62,940 nucleotides of DNA, filler included, from Licmophora abbreviata (GCA_900291995.1; 16 parts of 16 records of this genome joined end to end with filler, not necessarily neighbours in it), one strand, 5' to 3'. Positions 45,964 to 58,361 are shown, counted from the whole stretch's first letter. Numbers and translations: made by a program. The notes: generated from the letters alone by a model not told the origin.

Positions 45964-47586
45964 ATGTCAGCAAGTACCAAGCCTCTGAAATTGACCGCAA
46001 CAGAAATCCCGTGCTGCATTTGTGGCCAAATGATTCTTCCAAACGCGGCAAATCAATGTGGATCTTGTCTCGCTCAAGAATTCAATCTCAAGGAGACTCT
46101 GCAGCGAGGACCGGGCGGTTCTCCCGAAATTCCCGTCCACCAATGCCGTCGATGTCGAAAATTTGAGAGAACGGAACGTCACTATGAGTATGCTGAACCA
46201 GAAAGTCCAGAACTGCTGGCGTTGTGTCTCAGGCACATTCCCGCTCTATCATCTTCTGCAATTCCTCGCATGCACCTCGTCGACGCCATGTGGGTCTGGA
46301 CAGAACCTCACTCAATGCGCCTCAAAGTGAGATTGACAGTACGAACCGTGCTACAGAGTGTTATGATCCAGCAGCGCGTACTTGTAGAACTGATTGTCAG
46401 GTGGAAGCAGTGCCCCGACTGCGCTCGTGAATTTCGGAATCGAACATGGCAAGCCATTGTTCAGCTCCGTCAAAAGCGTCACGACGATGCTCCTCGAAAG
46501 GGGCTGGTCTTCTTAGAAATGGCCTTGGCTCGCAATGCGGAAGTACGAAAACATGTTCTGCGTGTCGACAACTGTAAACAGGGCTTTGACTTCTACTTTT
46601 TGTCTCTGGTGCATGCGCAACAGTTTGCCTCCTATCTGGCAAGAGTCGCGCCCATGCGCATCAAGACATCGAAAAAACTCGTCAGTACCGACGTGAAGAA
46701 TAACACAGCGAATTTGAAACACACTGTGACATGTGACATGGTTCCACTTTGTCGCGACGATCTCATCGTCGTGGATAAGACTGCCAAGGGAAACTTATCC
46801 GGAAGACTATGCTTGGTCACGAAGGTGTCAAGTGTCGTCCGATTGGTGGATGCATCGCCCAAGCGTAGTGGCGTCATGGATGGAACTATCGGAGAAGTAG
46901 CACCTGAAACGTACTACAAGGCTGGTGGTGAGAAGCTGTATAGGATTTTGTCGTCGTCTCGACGTTTGGCCCGTTTCATCGTGCTGGACATTGAATTGTG
47001 TGGAGACGAGCATGGTGGGGACGACTCAGGTCAAATGTACGCAGGCCCCAAAAGTGAAGTGAGCAAGTATGCCCTTGCCGATGTAGAAGTGGCAAGAGAA
47101 AGCGATTTTGGACAGAACGATGAAACATTTTGTTGCGTTACACATCTAGGGAACTTGTTACAGGCTGGCGACGTTGTTCTCGGTTACGACCTGGCTTCTT
47201 CTGTGCTGTCGGGGGCTGCCGAATGGTCGATGGATCATGCCTTCAACTCAAGCTTTGTCATGCCCGATGTTGTTTTGGTTAAGAAAGTTGAGGGTACTGA
47301 AAAGGAGGCGGAAGAACGCCAACGTGCTAAGTCTAGTGGGTCGAAGAAGAGAGAACGCCGACTCAAGCGAGAAGACAAGAGGATGCGTGAACTCGAAGAA
47401 GCCGCTGGGCGGATGGGATTCCTCGAGACTGAAGAATATGATCAAAAACAGTTTGACCAAGAGCTTGTAAACGACCCTGAGCTCGCCGATGAGCTGCGAG
47501 AGGCGGAACGAGAACTAACCACCGTTCAAAACGAGGTGGATGATGAGATGGCTGCTACAACGACCCAGGATCAAATCTCTAGCTAA
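45964..47586 (+). CDS. NMD3: 60S ribosomal export adaptor Nmd3
   Basis: CCICG..I.PNAANQC..CL, WTEPHSMRLKVRL, QCPDC, WQAIVQLRQK, THLGNLLQAGD.VLGYDL, PDVVLVKK. Confidence 0.96.
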   Translation: MSASTKPLKLTATEIPCCICGQMILPNAANQCGSCLAQEFNLKETLQRGPGGSPEIPVHQCRRCRKFERTERHYEYAEPESPELLALCLRHIPALSSSAIPRMHLVDAMWVWTEPHSMRLKVRLTVRTVLQSVMIQQRVLVELIVRWKQCPDCAREFRNRTWQAIVQLRQKRHDDAPRKGLVFLEMALARNAEVRKHVLRVDNCKQGFDFYFLSLVHAQQFASYLARVAPMRIKTSKKLVSTDVKNNTANLKHTVTCDMVPLCRDDLIVVDKTAKGNLSGRLCLVTKVSSVVRLVDASPKRSGVMDGTIGEVAPETYYKAGGEKLYRILSSSRRLARFIVLDIELCGDEHGGDDSGQMYAGPKSEVSKYALADVEVARESDFGQNDETFCCVTHLGNLLQAGDVVLGYDLASSVLSGAAEWSMDHAFNSSFVMPDVVLVKKVEGTEKEAEERQRAKSSGSKKRERRLKREDKRMRELEEAAGRMGFLETEEYDQKQFDQELVNDPELADELREAERELTTVQNEVDDEMAATTTQDQISS

Positions 47587-47813
47587 GTAAACGAAAATCA
47601 GCTGAACAGAAGCTCTCAACTGCAACTCGTCGCGTCAACGCCATCGACCAGTATCCCGTCATTCTGGTCGAGGTCCGTCGTGCTTGCTATGAAGACCCAC
47701 AGAAGATGAGGAGAAAGCAGCTATAGTATACATTTAGTTTGCAACATTGAGATGGGCAGTGCTACTTCCAACAGAAGGAAGACCGTAAGACAATAAGTAC
47801 GGTGCGCATCCCA

Positions 47814-49258
47814 TCATACCTCGCAGTTCTCCTTTCCACATTCCGCATCCGGTGGTTCCGCGGTGGCGGCCAAGAAAAGCGCCGCAAGGAAAATACCGCC
47901 ACCGACGAGTCCTTGAGTTCCCACGGTCTCACCGAGAAACAAACAGCTCATTATGGCCGCCCACAGCGGTTGCGAGGCATACAATGTCTGTGCTCGTGTG
48001 GGGCCAATGGCTTGCTGGCCACCTACTTGAAGAAATGGGACAATAGCATTTACAGCCAATCCACTCCATACGATAAGTAGACCCAATGTTGTTCCGTTCT
48101 GCGCAAAATCGTTTGTTGATAGAAAGCTCGAAGTCTCTTCAAACCCGAAGCCAAGCAAAAGTAATATCGACAACAGGGCTTGTGTTGCAATCTTACTGGT
48201 GATGAGCTGCTTTGGCGGCACTAATTTGCCCCATTTGAAAAGCCGCAGGTCGTACGTCGCATAGAATCCTGCCGCCACGATACATAGAGCATCGCCGATT
48301 GCTCCACTGCTCATGGCGTCGTCCAAAGTTGCTACAGAGCTCGCATCCTGCGTGAATAGTCCTACTCCCGCCAGTGCCAATCCAATCGAAAACATGATTC
48401 GTTTGGGAATCGGTACGCCCATAAGGCCTTGTGCCACAGGAACAATGAGCGTAGTGAGTTGAATCAGAAAGNNNNNNNNNNNNNNNNNNNNNNNNNNNNN
48501 NNNNNNNNNNNNNNNTTAATTAATTAANNNNNNNNNNNNNNNNNNNNNNNNNNNNNNNNNNNNNNNNNNNNACCAAAGAACTTCCAGAGTCCCAACTCCA
48601 GACCAGCTCGAGTGGCTTGTGCCCCGGCCTCTTGTTCAAGAACTCCCGACTCTTTCTGATTCTGAAGTAGCGATCTCGGCAGCGGAATAATGGAATCCAA
48701 AAACGGACCTCCCACAACAAGTCCCAATAACGCCACCCCACTCACGGCAGCATTCAACAGCAGAACAGGTGGGGCCATCGTCATGGCTGCGTCTGGAGTG
48801 GACAGTGCCGCGTGCATGACAGGTGACATAGAGGCAAACACCAGGGTGATCAATCCAACGGTGACCAAGCCTCTTCGGTATTCTTGTTCGGCATAGGAGG
48901 GGGCATCCACCCTTGCGCTACCGGCCGTCGTTAGGGAAGTTACTGGTGCCGTCGTGACGAGCTGACGCTGATAGAGCAGATCTGGGGCAGCTGATGGGGA
49001 AAGCGTTCTTTTCACCTCTTCTAGCGCTATCTGATCCTCCGCAAGGCTTCGTTCCGAAAGGTTCAGGCACTGAAATTTTTTGCGTGCAGATTGAATGTCG
49101 CTGGCACTGGATCGGTGCACGAGGCGCCGACAAGCTGTTGGCGTGAACGCATTGGCTGCAATACCTGACGATGATGATAGAGACGCAACGTATGTAGCAA
49201 TTAGGCAACTCCTCCTCTTGAATGACTTTCGGCTGTGCTTTTTCGTTGATTTAATCAT
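47814..49258 (-). CDS. EamA/DMT-family transporter, probably plastid-targeted; spans a gap
   Basis: ANA-FTP signal/transit junction; AGLELGLW, FLIQLTTLIVP, GDALC, QVGGQ...PTRAQTLYASQPLWAA....FLGE. Confidence 0.85.
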
Positions 49259-50041
49259 CCTGTAGTGGTTGAAAGAGGGCTTCAACAGAACTTTTGTGAC
49301 AAGGGGCCAGCAAGCAGAGAACAGAGAGAACACAAGTCGACGACACCACAAGAAAAGTAGCTAGTGTCATGACGTGTTGTGAGGGCGCCACGTTTTGTGT
49401 GTGCTTCAACTTGAAACTTTGGGCTCGACCGGCGCTCGTTGTACGACGGTCAGACTGCGAGCTGGGCTCATCGGCGATGAAGGAATCTTCCGTGGACTCT
49501 ATGGGGAGAAAAGTAAGTACTCAGGCACATATGTGTCATTAACGATGTAAGAGTGAACGTCCATAATAAGCAGTGCACATTTATGTGTTGAATTTCATAT
49601 ATCATCATATGTCACTTATGGACTGACAGCGATAATATCGCCAGCCATCGTCGATAGACTTAAGCATTTACATGCATCTTGTACGATTGACATTTTAGAA
49701 ATATCTTTGCACATGGTTTGAGCATCCCTTCTCCTGCGAGGAATTTTCCCTTGCCCATCAGTGATGTTGCCCATGGAGATTTACGATAGATACACAGTAT
49801 CCACCGCACAACGCACCTTTACAAATCACCCAACGGAAAGTTGGTACACGAACAGACGAGGGCACGGAACGCGTAATTTGAAGACGATCGGCTCACTTTT
49901 CGATTGGAGCCAGGACCCAGAGAAAGTGGTCGTGCATGTTCGTCGATTTCTGAAGTGGTGTAGCCTTCATTTCGTTGGTCGACCTGGGGAAACCGACAGT
50001 GTTCATGGTGAGGTGAAATCTGTGTACATATTTTTGTCAAG

Positions 50042-52107
50042 ATGGCTGAGAAACAGTCGCCAGAGTCTGCCGTGGGCAGCAGTGGAAGCAGCCATAGTGT
50101 CTCGTCTCCGAAACGATCTTCTAGCGAGGATATAGTGGTTCGAAAACAGCCCCCGTCACACGTCTTTGCCGACGAGTGGTTCGAGATAGAAGTTACCTTG
50201 GAGCACAGCAAGTCTAGAGGCTCGGCGCCGGGTCAGGGCTCGGACAGTGTTGTTGAACTCGTTCCGACACTGCGGCTGCCGAATGGACTGCCCGTCGACG
50301 GTGACGCATCCCTGGTAACCAACCCGCAGACAATACGATCTCCCCTATCCGAATCACCCCCAAGACGAAAGAGGAAGTTACGGTGCAGAGTAGAAACTAC
50401 AATTGAGTCCCAGAAGGATAAATTGACTTCTTACGTGATCCACCTCGCGCCGAACGCAAGCAGTGATCCTATCGTCTCGAACATTGCCGCCGTGTCGACG
50501 CGAAATATCAGTATTGTCAGTTACAAGATTTCCGTCTCCCCCGACCAAGCGTGGCAGTCAATATGGTACAAAGACGAGGGTGGTCGAGACAAAGCCATGA
50601 CTGTTACTGCAGGGCTTGTGGACAAGCACAATCGTCCCGTGAAAAGTGAGGCAGTCCCGTTGCAGGTCACGCTATTCTACGACAGCTACGAGAATCCAAT
50701 ACGAGTAAACAATCAGGAGATCCTCCGACAGATAGGCGAGGAAAAGCACGTGCTTACAAAGCCTACGGGGAAGACGTCGATCAAATTTCGCATTGAGGAC
50801 GTATCGAAGAACCATCAAGGCCAAGCGTTTTCAGTCGAGATAGCGCCAAGCTCAAAAGTCAAAGGTTTGAAGCATATCGGACCGGGTTTCACCCCAACAG
50901 TCTCCATTAGATCCAAGCGGAACAAACGACAACGGGCGACAGCCGGCTCGGGAGAGACTCGACAGAGGATCCACAGTCCGGCACGAATGCAGCATTCTAG
51001 TGCCATGTATCATGGGGAGGCAATTCCGCCAACGAATGAAAGCGTTCTCGCTGCAGCGGACATAGCTCAACTGCGTGAAGCGATGAAAGGATCATTCATT
51101 GGACTGAAGAGGTTGTGAATGGTCTTTACCCACTTCAATGGCATGTGATTGGATATGCACAACACCCGGATGGAACCCCCGACTACAGCAGCCCGTATCA
51201 CAATATGCCGAACCCAAATGCATGTATCTCCCGAGTGCTATCTCTTTACTCAGCTGAGACCCGTGACTACCTCCGTGTTATCTCAAATGCAGTGGAAGAG
51301 GCGACGCCGTCTCATCGTCGAGACGACTCGATCCAAAGCAACGCTTCCTCGACTGGAGGTGGCGGGGGATTGCGAGATCCTCGGGAAAATTTCAATAGGG
51401 TGTTTGGTGGTATGCCGCCGGGAGTGCCATATCCTGGAATCCCTGTGCAGTCGACGCCTATGGGTAGACCATATGGAATGCCACATGGACCTACTCCAGA
51501 CTTGTTCCGTCCTGGTGGAGGTCTAATGGCTCACGCGAGCTCACATCCCGCCACTGTTCCGCACCAAGCCTTGACACGACAGGGAATCCCTCCGATCAGG
51601 GATGTCATGCGACCCGGTTCCATACCACAAGACGCCAATGCCGGAGCGAAATCTTCCAAGAGCAGCCTTCGCGACTTGACGTCACCTCTCGAGGAGGTTC
51701 CGGGCGCAGGAGCGCAATACGATATCGAGTCTCGCGAGAGTGAAGTATCATATGTCTTGGCGCGGCATTTCAAGTCGCTACTGTCAGGCAAGCGACTTGG
51801 GTTTCCTGCCTATAGTGCGGCAAAGGAGATCCTAGGGTTTTTCAGGGAGTCGAACCACAAAGTCGGTGTTGGTCAATTCGCACCCATATCGCAGTTTGCC
51901 GATGAATTCGGGCCGACTCAGATTTTGCAGTGTTCGCAGATTCTCGAGGATGCGATGGCAAAGAAAAGTCAAGAGGTGTATGCTTTGAAAGACTGGGGAT
52001 CCATTTCGAATCTGATTGACCACGCTATCGTTTACGCTTGGAGTAAAGATATCGAACCAACTCCTGGCGATTCTCAAACAAGTTCGGGTGGAAGTGGGGA
52101 CGACTGA
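50042..52107 (+). CDS. Hypothetical protein with beta-sandwich, putative DNA-binding domain(s); frameshift at ~51090
   Basis: Two ORFs join as MKG(V)IHWTEEVVNGLYPLQW; conserved-looking WYKDEGG and KFRIEDVSKNHQGQAF...SIRSKRNKR. Confidence 0.65.
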
Positions 52108-52224
52108 CGCTTGACAGCTTGCGAATGGCACAGGTCATACTATTTTAAATATAGTAGGCAGCTCGTTGCTGTCACATCCTTCTATGATGCGAAAGGATTC
52201 AGGCATAGAAATTTTAACTTCCCT

Positions 52225-53309
52225 TCACTTCAATCCAACGAGCCCCAGGCTGACTTCCCATAGCCGCTTGGCATCCTAAAGTAAGACGTGAGGGAAGCGT
52301 AAGTTTCTAAGTCTCGCTGTAACCAAGACGATAAACTCTAGGGACGCACCTCTTCGTTGCTAGCATATTCGTTTGTGGGCACTGCCTTGGAGTTGACCAA
52401 ATACGAACCGTTCTTTGGAGTGTCCTTCGAAACGGCACTCCAGACACTTGTGTAAGCCCCTTGCGCCGGCGTTTTCTGTAGCGCTGCCAGTACCCACGCG
52501 AACGCATCATTTGGATAGCGCAAATACCAGGGCATGTTGCGAACCACGTCGGTGCGAACCAAGCCTGGGTGGATCGAAACCGACAAGATGTTTGTGTACC
52601 GCTTAGCAAGCTCCTTGCTAAAAAGAATGTTGGCCAGTTTGGACTGCGCATATTGACCAAACAGGGAATAGGGGCGAGTAATATCACAAAACATGTCCTC
52701 AAAGTCAAACCCTTCCTTTGCAGACATATAAGTACTCGAGGTGACTGTAAGCACACGGGCGCCCTCAGTCTCCTCTAGTTTCGGAAGAAGCAGTAGCGCC
52801 AAGAGAAAATGGCCGAGATGGTTGGCTTGCATCGTAAGTTCGTGCTCGTCTATGGTAATTCTTTTGGTTCCCATCATGACCCCGGCGTTGTTGATCAGAA
52901 CGTGGAGGGGAAGTTTTGTGTCAAGAAACGATCGCGATGCTTTTCGAATCGACCGATAGTCTGACAGATCCAGCGGCAGAAAACGAAGCCGTGACTCCAC
53001 TGACTTGCGATCTGAAATATGGAAAGAGCCCACGATGTCATCAATGGCTTCCTTTGCACGACTCTTGCTCCGACATCCCATTACGACTGTTGCACCGAGC
53101 GCCACTAGCTGCCTCACTGTCTCCCTACCAATCCCAGCATTGGCTCCAGTGACGAGAACGACCTTGTCCTTCATGGAATTCGACTCAAAATTAGGTCGCG
53201 GACCCTCCACATGTACAACACGCGTTTTTCGAATCAACCATACTGACACCAAAAGGAAAATTATCCCTACCGGAACAATGGCGGCTATCGGCGCCTCGCT
53301 TTGGCACAT
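52225..53309 (-). CDS. Short-chain dehydrogenase/reductase, RDH11/12/WWOX-like, with N-terminal TM; intron 52276-52349
   Basis: TGANAGIG, LINNAGVM, NHLGHFLL, YAQSKLAN, HPGLVRT; last exon DAKRLWEVS. Confidence 0.92.
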
Positions 53310-53966
53310 GGAAACACTGCTGGCCACCGCCGCGGTCACACAGTCAGTCGCATAGCAAGCGATGCGTTCATGTTTCCCCATCCACACTCGTGCCACATGG
53401 CACAGAAGGTCAATATAGATATAGCATAGGTAAATGCGAGGACCGGTCCTGCCAGGACAAGGCCGTACGCCAGTTCGCAAGAGGCCATTGTCCGCTTATC
53501 GCCATGGCGCGTTGTGTTTGCGCCGTATCGCTATCTCTCTTTTTTCAAAAGTTTTGTTTTGCGCGCGCCCCATAATGGTGCGAGCTCGTCTACTAACATC
53601 GTCTCTCAGATCTCAATTGTTTAAGTCCCGGATTCCAGTGCCGGATAGCCGGGTTGCAGCCACTATTCGGACGGTCGATGCGATGATCTTCGTCTGGAGA
53701 ACAGAGGTGCAGAGAGACAGTCGAGAGTGGAGAGTCTTGGTGATATCTAGTCCTCAAAGTGTTCTAACTGAATGATGGATGGTGGCTGGAGCACTCAATT
53801 TAAGCTTGTCGGATCTCGAGATCTCGTCGAAACAATTACATAGTGAATGAGATAAGGACAAGGATCGATCCACGTAACGTATCTTCCTTCTATGTAACTT
53901 CTTCGCATGGGCATTACTTGTCTCACTACGAACAGCGTGGATCTGCGGCAGCTGGCGATACACCAC

Positions 53967-54469
53967 TTACTCTGCAGGAGCAGCAGCCGGTGTGGGCGCC
54001 GCATCAGACGCAATGGCCTGCTCTTCGGCAGCAGGAGGCATTGGGTCCTTTTCGATCTTCTTCTCTAGATCCTCACGGGTCTCGTCCATGTGCGCCTCGT
54101 GCTTGGAAATGTCCTCCTTGAGTTTCGCAACCGCGGACTTGGCCTTGTCAACGCATGCCTGGAGCTCTTCTTCCGTGGCACCCTTGTCATGAAGCTTCAA
54201 GTATTCTTCTCCAAACTGGCGCTGACGAGCCGTAATGTTGTACTGTACACGAATTGAACAATGGATACAGTGTATCGTGAGCACAAGCACGGCCTAAAAG
54301 TAAAAAGACAGGAAACGGGTGCGTTCGATGACCCTCTCTCACTCACCTCGATTCTCTTGATTGCCGCGCTCTCCTTCGTGTCAGAGCAACAAGCCATAAA
54401 GCCTGCCCAGCAATTCTTAGACTTGCGGGTCGTCTTTTGGGTGATGGACTCGGATACGGGTGTGCTCAT
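53967..54469 (-). CDS. Small coiled-coil hypothetical protein; intron 54243-54346
   Basis: In-frame splice KRIE|YNITARQRQFG with canonical GTGAGT...CAG. Confidence 0.7.
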
Positions 54470-55030
54470 GGTGTTGAGGTCTCTGCAGTCTTGTGTCACG
54501 GCAAACTGTTTCTACAAATAATGACAGATACAAAGTGTGTGTGACACGAGAGAATTGTTCTGTGTGCCNNNNNNNNNNNNNNNNNNNNNNNNNNNNNNNN
54601 NNNNNNNNNNNNTTAATTAATTAANNNNNNNNNNNNNNNNNNNNNNNNNNNNNNNNNNNNNNNNNNNNGTTTTGGCCGATCTTTATAGAGTATACAGCTA
54701 TTTAGTAAGATTAATTTATAAATACATTTGTCGTTTAATAAAATGTAATTATGTGCGACTCCGTTGTCCTTGGGAATTTTATTCGGTACTCGCAACAGAC
54801 ATTTTGATATATATGTCCATGAGGAGTTTGTCTCCCAAAGAAAGACTCCGACTGTTGTTCAAATTTGTTTCACTCCCAAAAATACATAACAGCATTGCTG
54901 ATCAAGCCGAGACGGCGCGCTGATGATCGATGCGATAACGCAAACGAAAAAGCAAAAAGAGACTTTGGAACAAGGTATAAGTCATCATATCATCACTGGG
55001 CTGCATCATTGTCAAGCACTGCGTATCATC

Positions 55031-56336
55031 ATGATGACATGTTCGCTGCTAGCTTGTGTCCTTTGTTTTTCTGTCTTGTGGGTAGCTGTCTCGTGTAATG
55101 ATCCTTCGATTGAAGAAGGTGGTGGCTTAAGGCGATCTGGGATTCTGGACCGAGAGGTAAGGCTCATTTTTTAGATCATTCCAGGTGACGCCGACGACAT
55201 TTTTGCTAATCAGAGATTTCCGTGTTCCTCTTTCACCCCAGTTCTTTACGGAAGTTGCGAATGGGAGAAAACATGCGATCAGCGAAGTCTTTCCAACTCG
55301 TCTACATGATCCGACAGCGTTCGACGAAGCATCTCTGTCGACGTCCTTTGACGCCTTCGATGAGGTCGCCACAGACCGGAAACACCGAAAGACGGTCGCT
55401 GGCTCAACAGAGCTGAGGATTGAGAATGACTGTGGAGATGGTCTCTATTTCGTCGTTTGGGTTGAACGTCCGCCTTACGGGCATCTTGCTGACGGTGTCT
55501 TCGTTATGAACAAGGGGCAAACTCCAGAGTCGTTCCCTGGACTTGTCAGCCCGATTTTCTATATTTATGCCATGATCCCAGGGGAGCTCGAATGGGAGGA
55601 CGAAAACTCAGGAGTTTGCCTTTACGGCAGCTATTGCGGCTTAAAGGTCGATCTCGGCTCGCTGGATTACGATGTCTTCACTTTCACTCTTCAGTGTCCT
55701 GGCCACTTCGACAAAGCACCCAGCCCTGGCCCCACACCGCTACCCACTCCAAGCCCCACACCTCTCTCCACTCCTCAACCAACGATCGCTTCGTTGAACT
55801 CACTTCTCGATGGACAATGGCTCTATGCCCACAACACTCGCCGGCAGACGCACCACTTGAGCAACGGGGTAGGTTACGTACCGCTTGCTTGGAACAGCAA
55901 TTTGGCCGTTAGCGCTCAAACCTACGCTGAAAAGCTCATCGATGGCTTCGACGATTGTCACATTGAGCACGGCTTTGAAGGCGATAGCTTTGGTGGAGAG
56001 AACTTGTACAGTATGTGGACGCGGTCGAGCTCCATTGCATCTGGTTCATGGGTACCCGATCCTCCAAACGCAGACGCGGTTCTCCGAGCTTGGTACGAGG
56101 AAGAAGAATACATTAAACCTTGGACCCGTCAACTCCATCGCACGCAAGTTGCATGGCGTGGTACACAACTTGTCGGGTGTGGTCAGGCCCAGAAGATCTT
56201 TGGTGGAAACGGCGACACGTGGTGTTCCATTCACGTATGTCGATACATTGCCCCGGGGAACTGTAATGTGAACGAGAACAATTATCTCGACAAGGTCTTC
56301 GACGACTTTTCACCCTGCGGGCCTTTCACAGCCTAG
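55031..56336 (+). CDS. Secreted CAP (SCP/PR-1) domain protein with extra N-terminal domain; intron 55157-55241
   Basis: Signal peptide; HNTRR, PLAWNSNLA, GENL, HRTQVAWRGTQLVGCG, VCRYIAPGN. Confidence 0.9.
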
Positions 56337-56477
56337 TCCAGGTGAATCAAACACACGTGAGTTGTATGCAATAGGGGCTTTTGAACACTATGTAACACCT
56401 GAGTATTGAAATTGAGTTGAATATCTATTGAGACCTAGCTACGCCGAGTCTTTTGTTTCAAAGCATGAAATTCAAGG

Positions 56478-58121
56478 TCAATGAGTACTGCCGCGATCGG
56501 AATTCTGCTTCTGACTTACTGAATCATCAATGCTTGACGTTTCCGGCGCAAAGAAGCTGTGCGTTGACCCCCGTCCACGTAGAGGCATCCCCGTCGACGT
56601 GTCGACCGGGACGAGTCCCGTTGGCGTGTTCTTTGATGCCGCTTGATTCCAGTAGTTCTTCAGGGTGCCATAGTCGCCATCAGTAGGCACTCCACCTATA
56701 GGAGAGGAACGGTCTCTCGTTTCGCTTGCTAACGATTCATCTGTATCCAAAGCCTCCAAAGCACCCTCCCGAGGATCGATGGTCAATGCAGCTTTCTCGT
56801 CGTCACCTTGTGTGTCCAGCACCTTGTTGCAGGAATCCAGCAGCTCAACAGAATGGACGTAGACGGTATCTTCTGCTCCACTACCATGTGATGCACTGTG
56901 CGCGTGTTCCTCCGGCGCCTCCACATAATAGTGAATCAACAGGTTGTCCAGCTGCTGCGTGCACCTTTTTCTACTAGGAGAGTGTTTTTCTGCATCACTC
57001 GTGCGATCCGCTCTTCCCGACTTGATCTGCATCCGTTCCGCCCGCTCGGCCTGAAAGCGACCCTTTCGTGCCTTTTGGGTCTGCCACGCACTCCGTACAT
57101 CGACACTTAGCACCTCGGCAATACAGTGCGCCAACGCCTCGAGTGTCTCCTCCGTTGAAGCATCTCCACGAGGCTTGCCGTAAAAATCGAGCGCGTTTGG
57201 ATTCGAAACGACGATTCGTTCGAGTTCCTCGAGTGCCTGTGACTCCAAGCGCACGGGTCGACGAGTTTTGAGGCCGTCCTCTACCCAGGATGGAACGCGT
57301 ACTGGTTCACGCGCAACGATGTCTTCCGCTGAGGGTGACACGGAATCATAGTGCGGTACATATGGCTTGACATCTAAAATTGGAGTTGTATCGACAAGGT
57401 CCAAGCCAGATACATCGAGAATGGGCGTGTTGGTAGCAGAAGCTCGGATTGAATCCAATCGGCAGAGCGTAATGCCAATCGGGTTGAAACGATGGGGTGA
57501 ACGAGTGGCCAGAGTTCCTACTTTGGTGCCTCCCAGAGCCGGAGGAGCAATCTTGTTCGGTACACGACGGCCCATGGTGTTGAGATGAAAGACAAAGACC
57601 ACCCAAACATGCGAGTACTCGTCGAGACCTTGGACAGCATCCATCGTCATAGCTGTGAGTTCCAGTCGGCCTCTTGCATGTGGCACCAGCAGCCCCTGGC
57701 GCGGCGTTCCAACACAGAGTCGATAGAGCGAACGAACTGCACCAATAGGCTTTACTGTTAGCTGACCGTCTGTCTCTCTCAAGACATCCTCAAGTGTTGC
57801 ACGTTTCTTGGGGCGAGACGTGTTCGCGGAGCCATCAGGTTTCGCCTTGCCCGCGACGCGACGCCGTCTCCGCCATAGAAAGATACTCGACGACAGCAGA
57901 AGGATCGTTGCCGCGGCTGAAGCAACGACTACCGTCACAGACGGCGGCTTGGCGGTGTGCATGATGGCAGCATGTTTGTCGACGAGTGAGCACGTAGAGT
58001 AATGTGATGGTGATGTTGTGTCCGACGCTGAGGAAGCTGCAGCATCGTCCGAGGAGGGCAACGGCATCAGCAACGACGACGAGAGGTCTCCGATCGCCGG
58101 CAAGCCGCTCGAGTTCGCCAT
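56478..58121 (-). CDS. TRMO: tRNA (adenine37-N6)-methyltransferase TsaA/TrmO family
   Basis: PIGAVRS...GTPRQG, GLDEYSHVWVVFVFH, ATRSPHRFNPIG, GLDLVDTTPILDVKPY. Confidence 0.92.
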   Translation of the reverse strand: MANSSGLPAIGDLSSSLLMPLPSSDDAAASSASDTTSPSHYSTCSLVDKHAAIMHTAKPPSVTVVVASAAATILLLSSSIFLWRRRRRVAGKAKPDGSANTSRPKKRATLEDVLRETDGQLTVKPIGAVRSLYRLCVGTPRQGLLVPHARGRLELTAMTMDAVQGLDEYSHVWVVFVFHLNTMGRRVPNKIAPPALGGTKVGTLATRSPHRFNPIGITLCRLDSIRASATNTPILDVSGLDLVDTTPILDVKPYVPHYDSVSPSAEDIVAREPVRVPSWVEDGLKTRRPVRLESQALEELERIVVSNPNALDFYGKPRGDASTEETLEALAHCIAEVLSVDVRSAWQTQKARKGRFQAERAERMQIKSGRADRTSDAEKHSPSRKRCTQQLDNLLIHYYVEAPEEHAHSASHGSGAEDTVYVHSVELLDSCNKVLDTQGDDEKAALTIDPREGALEALDTDESLASETRDRSSPIGGVPTDGDYGTLKNYWNQAASKNTPTGLVPVDTSTGMPLRGRGSTHSFFAPETSSIDDSVSQKQNSDRGSTH

Positions 58122-58361
58122 GGTCGAAGCAGCTGTGTTGTGGGAGGCGGAGTGATGACAAAAATGGCGCGCCGGTCGCGCAGAACGCGCGCGCCTCCAG
58201 TTCGGAGATTGATGAGGACGTTTCTACGAAACCCACAGACAAAAGGCTAGAACAGAGCGAGGAGGTAGACTATGGCCTTACCGTTATAGTTATTCCAAGT
58301 CCTAAGACAAACGCTTCTGGTTTGTAGCAAACATATTACCTGTTGTGAAATATTAGCGCCT

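Noticed and set aside
6430..51120. Frameshifts near 6440, 15670, 24070, 28575, 31262, 45270 and 51090 read as programmed frameshifting or pseudogenes
   Set aside because: They are scattered over unrelated, otherwise intact genes, are mostly fixed by one base in a short run, and share no slippery motif; most likely consensus errors. Raw reads would settle it.
52225..53309. RDH-like SDR as retinoid partner of the STRA6-like gene
   Set aside because: Eleven kb and several genes away; this SDR subfamily is large and substrate cannot be inferred.
54669..54900. AT-rich patch beside a gap (also ~49520-49710) as transposon or centromeric DNA
   Set aside because: Too short; no terminal repeats or transposon ORF visible.
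17110..58121. Apparent cluster of translation and quality-control genes (ASCC2, FCF1, TCF25, RPN12, YbaK, NMD3, TRMO)
   Set aside because: Spread over 40 kb among unrelated genes; such housekeeping genes are common, so chance is sufficient.
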